A stretch of DNA of 11,747 nt, from the NCBI GenBank assembly GCA_016184305.1, contig JACPCX010000029.1:1-11747 (forward strand), written 5' to 3'. This document shows positions 1-5,484 of this stretch, in pieces. Under the pieces are notes generated by a model. That model made no database searches and was not told where the DNA came from. It saw only the letters and a list, made by a program, of their open reading frames with translations. Both the position numbers and the translations under genes were made by a program. Source of the DNA: Candidatus Rokuibacteriota bacterium (GTDB lineage: Bacteria > Methylomirabilota > Methylomirabilia > Rokubacteriales > CSP1-6). Within the stretch, counting starts at the first letter, position 1; the number at the start of each line of letters is the position of its first letter.

Positions 1-531
1 GACCACCCGGCGCATCACCGCCTCGGCGATGTCGCGGATCGTCTGCCGGGTGTCCCGGACCCGGAAGAGGTAATGAATCGGGTCCTCGATCCGGTACTGC
101 ACGATCCACTGGACGTCGATCACGTTCAGGTCCCCGGTCAGCATCAGGGACACATCCTTGAAGGCCTTGCTATCCGCGTATTGCGTTCGCTGGCCCGCAG
201 CCGTGGCGGCCGTCCGGAACCCGAATTCCTCCTTGAGGACCCGTGCCGTGGGCACCAGGCGAACCGTCTCGACCCCGTACGGGGCCTTGAAGTGCAGGCC
301 GGGCCCTACCGTCCGGACCACCGCTCCGAACCGCTGCACCACGCCCGTCTCCTCGGGCTGCACCGTGAACCAGCTCGACCAGAACAGGATGACAATCACC
401 AGGACGGCCAGAGCGGTCAGGAACCCGCGCGGCCGGAAACTCCTCAGCTGCTGCCGCGCGCGATCAGCTGCGGCCCTCAGATCATCGGGCCAATCATTGC
501 CGCGGCCCGGCCCTCGCCATTGGTCGTTCAT
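1..531 (-). CDS. hflK: FtsH protease activity modulator HflK (SPFH/band-7 family), 3' end outside the window
   Basis: Translated by hand because it is absent from the ORF track. ATG at 531 follows an AAGGAGG SD. Reads MNDQWRGPGRGNDWPDDL...FLTALAVLVIVILFWSSWFTVQPEETGVVQRFGAVVRTVGPGLHFKAPYGVE...SLMLTGDLNVIDVQWIVQYRIEDPIHYLFRVRD...IRDIAEAVMRRVV. The N-terminal TM helix and the PGLHFK and MLTGD-N-VQYRI-DP--YLF motifs are typical of HflK. The frame is open to base 1. Confidence 0.93.
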   Translation of the reverse strand, partial: MNDQWRGPGRGNDWPDDLRAAADRARQQLRSFRPRGFLTALAVLVIVILFWSSWFTVQPEETGVVQRFGAVVRTVGPGLHFKAPYGVETVRLVPTARVLKEEFGFRTAATAAGQRTQYADSKAFKDVSLMLTGDLNVIDVQWIVQYRIEDPIHYLFRVRDTRQTIRDIAEAVMRRVV

Positions 532-594
532 CACACCCCTCCTTGCCCTATGATGTCGAGCACTTCCTCTCCGGCCATCGCGTCAACGCCGCGA

Positions 595-894
595 TCACAC
601 CGCCCGATCACTGCACCCCACGTGGCTGCTCGTCAGGATGTCGCCGCGCCGGCCGACGATGATCCCCGACCCGAGCCCACAGCTCGTCACCGGCTCACCC
701 CGCTCGATCTCCTCGATCTGCCGCGTCGTGATGCTCACGATCGCGGGCAGGATGCGCGCCACCACCGCCGGAACAACGCCAGGCCGGCCTTCGACGTGAC
801 TCCGGGCCTCGTCGCGGCCTCCCGGCGCGCCCACGAGGGCGACCGTCAGGGCACCGAGCAAGACCGCGCGGTACCTCCACGAATTCTTCGACAT
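595..894 (-). pseudogene. Truncated HtrA/DegP-family serine protease (signal peptide plus start of the trypsin domain only)
   Basis: GGAGGAGG SD then ATG at 894. Signal-like MSKNSWRYRAVLLGALTVALVG, then VVARILPAIVSITT...GLGSGIIVGRRGDILTSSHV, matching the HtrA PAVVSI / GSGFII / ILTNxHV motifs. Stops 8 codons after the catalytic His, with no catalytic Asp or GNSGG Ser before hflK. Confidence 0.8.
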
Positions 895-963
895 GCCTCC
901 TCCGTACTGCAGGCGGAGAGCGCCTGCGTCGTGAATGGACCCCTTGTAAGCGAGCACGCGACT

Positions 964-995
964 CCTCCGCGCACCCGTACGGCCAGGGGCAGAAG
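964..995 (-). promoter_or_regulatory. Putative mRNA hairpin sequestering a Shine-Dalgarno sequence just downstream of the 1003..1290 ORF
   Basis: Minus-strand CUUCUGC (995..989) can pair with GCGGAGG (970..964) using two G-U pairs, with CCC/GGG pairing inside. The GGAGG is the SD of the GTG at 957. Confidence 0.4.
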
Positions 996-1002
996 GGATC
1001 GA

Positions 1003-1290
1003 CTAGAAGACTGTCGCGAACTTCGGGGGGGCGTCCAGCAGGTGGAGCGTGACGGGGCGAAACAGCGACAGCGGCTCAGCCGGCAGAGCACCGAGTTCGG
1101 CGACGTAGGGCAGGGCCACGAGGAAGCTCACCAGGAAGAACCCGGAGCACATCTCCGGCGACATGCCGGCATGATGGGCGCCGGTGCTGGCGACGTGAAC
1201 AAGACAGAGACTCAGGGCCACGGCCACAAGGACCATCACGATCGGAACTGAACGCCCTGTCCAACTCGTCATCGAGGATCGTCTGCTCAT
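1003..1290 (-). CDS. Small membrane protein with Cys/His cluster and C-terminal DAPPK; DUF2946/CutF/CruR-like candidate leader peptide
   Basis: 95 aa: hydrophobic helix VPIVMVLVAVALSLCLVH, then HHAGMSPEMC, a second hydrophobic stretch, and a Pro-rich tail LHLLDAPPKFATVF. The start could also be the ATG at 1272. Family assignment rests on architecture only. Confidence 0.6.
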   Translation of the reverse strand: MSRRSSMTSWTGRSVPIVMVLVAVALSLCLVHVASTGAHHAGMSPEMCSGFFLVSFLVALPYVAELGALPAEPLSLFRPVTLHLLDAPPKFATVF

Positions 1291-1310
1291 ATCGCGTTCC
1301 GGCGTAGACT

Positions 1311-1326
1311 AGCAATTAATATACCC
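1311..1326 (-). promoter_or_regulatory. Candidate sigma-54 (-24/-12) promoter in an AT-rich patch
   Basis: Minus strand GGGTATATTAATTGCT has GG-N10-GC spacing and fits TGGYAYR-N4-TTGCW except at the first base. It also contains a sigma-70-like TATATT hexamer, so the assignment is ambiguous. Confidence 0.45.
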
Positions 1327-1335
1327 AGGGGGAAG

Positions 1336-1357
1336 GTTGGTCCCGCCTGGGATCAAC
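1336..1357. promoter_or_regulatory. 22-bp imperfect palindrome, candidate operator
   Basis: GTTGGTCCC-gcct-GGGATCAAC: 9-bp arms with one mismatch, about 10 bp upstream of the AT-rich promoter patch. Confidence 0.4.
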
Positions 1358-1530
1358 TCACTGAAATCCGGGCGTCGCATGACTGGCCCGCCCGTCGACT
1401 GACGATCGGGAGCTATCCGAGTGAGGCAATGGCGTCTCACGTCCGCCCCACGGCCTGCTCGCAGTTCCTGCCCCTGCCCGGACGGAGGGCCTCCCCGCCC
1501 CTTCGGCCTCGACCGAGGGCTGCCGATTTG

Positions 1531-1770
1531 TCAAGGGCGTTCCCCGAGACTGACATCCTGTCCTCCGGTCCCAGCCCTGAGCGATCGCACCAGGCCGACG
1601 ATCACGATGCCCCAGAACAGCAGCATCATGAGCCCGATCCCCAGCCCCCACACGCCCCACATGGGATGCATCCCCCAGCCCCACCCGTACCCGCGCTCCT
1701 GCGCGGCGGCCGCCGCCGGCAGGAGCCACGGCGCGAGGGCCGTCAGCGCCCCGGTCCAGACCCGTCTCAT
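1531..1770 (-). CDS. Small membrane protein resembling the N-terminal part of SHOCT-domain proteins; SHOCT domain absent (probably truncated)
   Basis: GGAGGG SD then ATG at 1770; 79 aa. Signal peptide ending AAAAA-Q, then GYGWGWGMHPMWGVWGLG and the TM segment MMLLFWGIVIVGLVR. No LxxRYARGEIxxEEF SHOCT motif was found in the downstream frames. Confidence 0.65.
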   Translation of the reverse strand: MRRVWTGALTALAPWLLPAAAAAQERGYGWGWGMHPMWGVWGLGIGLMMLLFWGIVIVGLVRSLRAGTGGQDVSLGERP

Positions 1771-1822
1771 GTCCGCCCTCCCCGTCAGGCCCTCGCACGC
1801 TTCCCGTGCTGGGGCCGGTCGG

Positions 1823-2287
1823 TCACCGTGCCTTGCGCTGGAGCTGGTACCCCGCCTCCGTCCAGGCGGCCATCCCCCCGTCGAGGTTCCAGACATCCGT
1901 GTAGCCGAGCTTGACCAGCGTGCGCGCGGCGATGTCGCTCATCGGGCCGCTCAGGCAGTACACGACCAGCCGCGCGCTCCTGTCGGCCGGCAGCTTGCGG
2001 GCGTTCACCTCCACCTGATCGAAGGGGATGAACAGGTCCGTTCGGCCAATCTCGCCCGCATAGGGGATGTGAACATTGATGAGCGGGAAGCTCTTGGGCT
2101 CGAGCAGCCTGGCGAGCGCGGCCGGGCTCACGTTGGTGTAGCTCCGGCCGGCCCCGACGGACACCTTCCGGCCTCCGGGATCCCGCGCATCGGCCCCGAC
2201 CGCCACTCCCGTGCCGAGCAGGGTCACGATGGTCATGCCGAGAGCCAGCCGCACGAAGTACCGGCCCTCCCAGCCTCTTCCCAGCAT
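1823..2287 (-). CDS. Single-domain rhodanese-like sulfurtransferase with N-terminal signal/TM segment
   Basis: AGAGGAAGG SD then GTG-ATG (2290/2287); 154 aa. Contains LINVHIPYAGEIGRTDLFIPFD, the active-site loop VVYCLSGPMS, and the C-terminal rhodanese signature LGYTDVWNLDGGMAAW. The ORF-track extension to 2860 overlaps the cytochrome c gene and is rejected. Confidence 0.9.
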   Translation of the reverse strand: MLGRGWEGRYFVRLALGMTIVTLLGTGVAVGADARDPGGRKVSVGAGRSYTNVSPAALARLLEPKSFPLINVHIPYAGEIGRTDLFIPFDQVEVNARKLPADRSARLVVYCLSGPMSDIAARTLVKLGYTDVWNLDGGMAAWTEAGYQLQRKAR

Positions 2288-2408
2288 CACGCCTTCCTCT
2301 CTGTCACGGGTTGACCATCCCCTTCGATGAGGACATCTTACCTCCCGCCATCCCGGCCCGCGTTGGCCGTACCGCCTGGGCGAGCCACGATGAACGCGGC
2401 CCTGCCTG

Positions 2409-2444
2409 CCACTCCACGACGATCTTGCCGCGAAACATCCCCAT
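2409..2444 (-). pseudogene. Possible remnant of the C-terminus of a cupredoxin-like domain
   Basis: Reads MGMFRGKIVVE-W, resembling the final strand of Cupredoxin_1/CupA-type domains (F.CGMGM.RG.I.VE-stop). The upstream Cys is missing, and TGG stands where a stop codon would be expected. Confidence 0.4.
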
Positions 2445-2451
2445 GACCGGC

Positions 2452-3111
2452 TCATCTTCCCTGCCGCTTCGGAGGCCGGACCGCCGACCGGATGTAGGTG
2501 ATCACGTCGACCATCTCGTTCTCCTGGAAGGTGGGCCACTCCAGCCCCAGCTCCCTCATCTTTTGCTCCATGTTCACCGCGTGGGTCCACATGACCTCGG
2601 CCCACAGGATGGGAGAGGCATACTCGCTGAACCGCGACAGCGAAGGCCCGATCCCGGGCCGATCTCCCGCCACCCGATGGCACGTCGCGCACCCCTTGCT
2701 GGCGAACAGCCGCTCGCCGCGCCTTGCGCTGCCGGGCTGGTCGAGGAAGTGAAGGGAATAGAGGTAGGTCAAGAGATCCAGCATCTCGGGTTCTGTCAGG
2801 GGCTGGGGAGCCAGCCCCTTGGACTCCCGGAGCTGGCGCATCTGGGGAGCGTGGTTCCACATCACGCCCGCCATCTGGGTCACCGTCTTGTGGCGAACCG
2901 GCGGCCGGCCCAGGTCGGGCGCCAGGCCCCCTCCCACCCCGTTGATCGCGTGGCAGATGGCGCAGCCGTGCTCGGCATAGACCTTCCGTCCTTTCTGCGG
3001 GTCCCCCCAGAGAGCGTAGGTTTCCTGGCCCCAGGCCCCGCCGGCCAGGAGCGTGATCCCGACAAGTCCGATCGTGAGAATCACGCGGTCCGTCCTCATG
3101 GCTGTCCTCAT
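2452..3111 (-). CDS. Periplasmic diheme c-type cytochrome with two tandem class I-like repeats
   Basis: Start at 3111 (ATGA overlap with the cytochrome b stop) or 3099. Signal peptide ending AWG-Q. Hemes CAICH and CATCH, each followed by MW(N/T)HA..M and EM.D..TY. The ORF-track start at 3231 lies inside the cytochrome b gene. Confidence 0.9.
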   Translation of the reverse strand: MRTAMRTDRVILTIGLVGITLLAGGAWGQETYALWGDPQKGRKVYAEHGCAICHAINGVGGGLAPDLGRPPVRHKTVTQMAGVMWNHAPQMRQLRESKGLAPQPLTEPEMLDLLTYLYSLHFLDQPGSARRGERLFASKGCATCHRVAGDRPGIGPSLSRFSEYASPILWAEVMWTHAVNMEQKMRELGLEWPTFQENEMVDVITYIRSAVRPPKRQGR

Positions 3112-4478
3112 TTCAGGGAGGAGAGGTAGCCGACCAAGGCGCTCAGATCCTCCTCTCGCAGATCCTTGGAGTCGGGCATGGCCGAGCCAGCCTTCACCGC
3201 TTCGGGATCTCTGACGAAACGCCCCAGCCATGCGGCGTCCCGGAGGCTTCCAACGCTAGACAGCTCCGGCCCCGACGCGCCGCCTTGGCCGGCGACCGTG
3301 TGACAGGCCCCGCATCCCTGGGCCTCGAAGACTTCGCGTCCCTTCTGGAGCTCGGGGGAAAGGATGGCGCCCGCGACCGGAGCACGCCCGGGCGGGGCCG
3401 GGGCCGTCGCGCCCTTGTAGGTCAGGAACAGGACGCCCCCGAGCACGGCGGTTGCCGCGAGCGATGCCACGGGGCGCCGGAGCGGGCTCCGCGCCGGCCC
3501 TCGGTCCAGGAACGGGAGCAGGAGCAGCGCGAGGAAGCCCAGAACGGGGATCCAGAAGGCGGGGAGCACGGTCCAGCGTCCGGGAAAAACCCAGAGCAGC
3601 TCGAAGAGGAAGTAGAAGTACCACTCCGGACGGGGAACGTAGGTGGTCGTCGTGGCATCGGCGATCTCTTCCAGCGGCGCCCCGTATCTCAAGGCCAGCC
3701 ACGAAGCGAACAGGAGAAGCGCCAGCGCCACCACGCTATCCCGGGTCAGGTGCTCGAGGAAGCTGGCCCCCTCGGCCTTGGATTCCTCGTAGCGGGCCCG
3801 GTACTCCTCCGGGCGGATCACGGCCAGGCGCCCGACAGGCGACGGAGCGATGCCCTGTCGGATAACCATGAAGAGGTGGACGGCCACCAGGAGCCAGAGG
3901 AAGGCCGGCAGAAACAGGACGTGAAAGGCGAAGAAACGCCCGAGGGTCCTGATTCCCACCTCGGGGCCGCCCCTGAGCAGCCGGGCGGCCACATCGCCCA
4001 CTCCGGGCGCCCACTCGGCGATGTGCGTCCCCACCACCGTGGCCCAGTAGGCCTTCTGGTCCCAGGGAAGGAGGTAGCCGGTGAAACCGAAGGCGAAGAT
4101 GATTCCGAGCAGCAGCACCCCGACCACCCACGACGTCTCCCGCGGGTACTTGTAGGCGCCCATGAAGAAGACCCGGACCAGGTGCAGGACCGCGAAGATC
4201 ACCACGAGGCTCGCGCTCCAGCGGTGGAGCCCCCGCACGTAGGCGCCGAAGGGGACCTGCTCGGTGATGTACTGGACGCTCCCGTACGCGTGCTCGACGG
4301 AGGGAACGTAGTAGAAGGCCAGGAAGATGCCCGTCACGGTCTGCACGAGCAGCAGAAAGAGCGTGGCGCTCCCCAGGGTGTGAGGCCATCCGACGGCCCT
4401 CGGGATGCGCCGGTAGAAGAACCCCGCCGCGAGCGACCGGGTACCCAGCCGGTCGTCGAGCCATGCGCCGAGACTCAC
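3108..4478 (-). CDS. qcrB: Cytochrome b of a Rieske/cytochrome b complex (b6-like domain plus subunit IV) fused to a C-terminal monoheme cytochrome c
   Basis: GTG start overlaps the Rieske stop (GTGA). Heme b His pairs RGLHRW...VLHLVR and AFHVL...AVHLF; GYLLPWDQKAYWATVVG; Qo motif RPEWYF; LLPFLDR; C-terminal GCGACH...GPELSSVG...SAMP. Confidence 0.95.
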   Translation of the reverse strand: MSLGAWLDDRLGTRSLAAGFFYRRIPRAVGWPHTLGSATLFLLLVQTVTGIFLAFYYVPSVEHAYGSVQYITEQVPFGAYVRGLHRWSASLVVIFAVLHLVRVFFMGAYKYPRETSWVVGVLLLGIIFAFGFTGYLLPWDQKAYWATVVGTHIAEWAPGVGDVAARLLRGGPEVGIRTLGRFFAFHVLFLPAFLWLLVAVHLFMVIRQGIAPSPVGRLAVIRPEEYRARYEESKAEGASFLEHLTRDSVVALALLLFASWLALRYGAPLEEIADATTTTYVPRPEWYFYFLFELLWVFPGRWTVLPAFWIPVLGFLALLLLPFLDRGPARSPLRRPVASLAATAVLGGVLFLTYKGATAPAPPGRAPVAGAILSPELQKGREVFEAQGCGACHTVAGQGGASGPELSSVGSLRDAAWLGRFVRDPEAVKAGSAMPDSKDLREEDLSALVGYLSSLK

Positions 4479-5014
4479 GAGTGGTACCGCCCCACACGCT
4501 CGAGCCGCTCGTTCACGCTATAGATCTCGCCGGCGTAGAGCACCCCCTTCTCCACCTTCATCTCGTGACGGTCCAGCGGGCGCGGAGGCGGCCCGGCGAG
4601 CACGCGCCCGCTCCGATCGAACACCCCGCCGTGGCATGGGCTGAAGAAGCGCTGCGCGGCGGGATTCCAGTTGACGGGGCAGCCGACGTGGGTGCAGTGG
4701 TTGTGGAACACCTCGAATGTGCCGTCGGCCTTCCGGGACACGAAGGCTCCCATCCTCGGCGCCTCCTCCGGCCACACCGGGCGCCGGAGCGGCATGAGCG
4801 CGACGAACCTGATCTCGCCGACCTTGAAGCCTTCCACCGGTCCCGCTTCGGCCCAGGCGAACTCCCGGCTCCTCAGCGCCGGAAGCCCGAAGAAGCCTCC
4901 CAGGGGGATACCGAGAATCCCCCCGATGGCCCCCGAGATGGTGCCAAGGAGGACCACCGTGAACCGCCGGCGGGATCGAGGCAATGACGCCTGGTGATGT
5001 GGCTCGCTCGACAT
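4475..5014 (-). CDS. qcrA: Rieske [2Fe-2S] subunit of a quinol:cytochrome c oxidoreductase, with atypical box 2 (SPCHGG)
   Basis: GGAGG SD; Tat motif SRRRFT followed by a TM helix; box 1 CTHVGC; box 2 FFSPCHGGVF; C-terminal G.VLAGPPPRPL. Confidence 0.93.
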   Translation of the reverse strand: MSSEPHHQASLPRSRRRFTVVLLGTISGAIGGILGIPLGGFFGLPALRSREFAWAEAGPVEGFKVGEIRFVALMPLRRPVWPEEAPRMGAFVSRKADGTFEVFHNHCTHVGCPVNWNPAAQRFFSPCHGGVFDRSGRVLAGPPPRPLDRHEMKVEKGVLYAGEIYSVNERLERVGRYHS

Positions 5015-5175
5015 GAAAGGGTTCCTCCGTTCAGCTCACCATGTGGGGCTCCCGGATCCGCTTCAGGAACAGCGCCTCAAGCTCTGCTCCGGCGCTGGAG
5101 CCGGGCTGCGCATGCGCCCCGGCTGACGCTCTCGACCAGGAGGACGACGGTCGCGTCCCACACGACCCGCCGGTC

Positions 5176-5484
5176 TCATCGCTCTGGTGCCTCCGGGAGC
5201 TCGCCGAGCCGAACCTTCACGGCGAGCTCCGTCCCGCCGCGACGAACCTTCAGCGCCGCGTCGCTTCCGGGAGGCGCGTTCGCCGTCAGCCGCCGAAGCT
5301 CGTCGGCGCGCCGGAGCGGCTTTCCCTGGAAGGCCACGATCACGTCCCCCGGCCATATGCCGGAGCGGGCCGCGAGAGCGAGGCTGACCAGGGGCGTTAC
5401 TGCCGCCACGACCTCGCCTATCTCCACTTCCCGCCGCCGGCGCGCCCGCGCGGGGCTTGCCCTGACACCGGCGCCCGCGCTCAT
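5176..5484 (-). pseudogene. Orphan HtrA/DegQ-type PDZ domain (probable gene remnant, possibly translated)
   Basis: VVAAVTP...AARSGIWPGDVIVAFQGKPLRRADELRRLTANAPPGSDAALKVRRGGTELAVKVRLGELP matches the HtrA PDZ C-terminal pattern. No carboxylate-binding LGI/GLGF loop and no signal peptide. ATG at 5484 overlaps the permease stop (ATGA). Confidence 0.75.

Noticed and set aside
73..1251. 392-aa plus-strand ORF, and the other long plus-strand ORFs (e.g. 1421..2314, 3285..4523, 6366..7781, 8605..9708, 9621..10757)
   Set aside because: They are antisense shadows of motif-bearing minus-strand genes in GC-rich DNA, with Arg/Pro/His-rich translations and no recognisable domains.
1338..1356. TTGAT...ACCAA as an FNR box
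   Set aside because: The spacer is 10 nt, not the 4 nt required by TTGAT-N4-ATCAA.
1357..1425. Hammerhead-ribozyme-like words on the plus strand (GAAA...GTC...CTGACGA followed by a stem)
   Set aside because: Only 2 nt separate GTC from CTGACGA, so stem I cannot form, and GAAA does not follow the stem after CTGACGA. The topology is wrong.
1528..1533. Perfect TTGACA on the minus strand
   Set aside because: No -10 hexamer at 16-18 bp spacing.
2288..2860. ORF-track N-terminal extension making a 345-aa rhodanese
   Set aside because: It overlaps the cytochrome c gene out of frame, and a good SD lies immediately before 2290/2287.
3092..3111. Direct repeat ATGAGGAC-AGCC-ATGAGGAC (MRTAMRT) at the cytochrome c start
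   Set aside because: It only makes the start codon ambiguous (the first copy supplies an SD for the second ATG); too short to imply a mobile-element scar.
5031..5175. Spacer with a coding-like tail (ELEALFLKRIREPHMVS-stop) and hairpin AGCCGGG..GCGCATGCGC..CCCGGCT
   Set aside because: It may be another remnant, but I cannot assign a family, and the hairpin has no U-tract, so it is not called a terminator.
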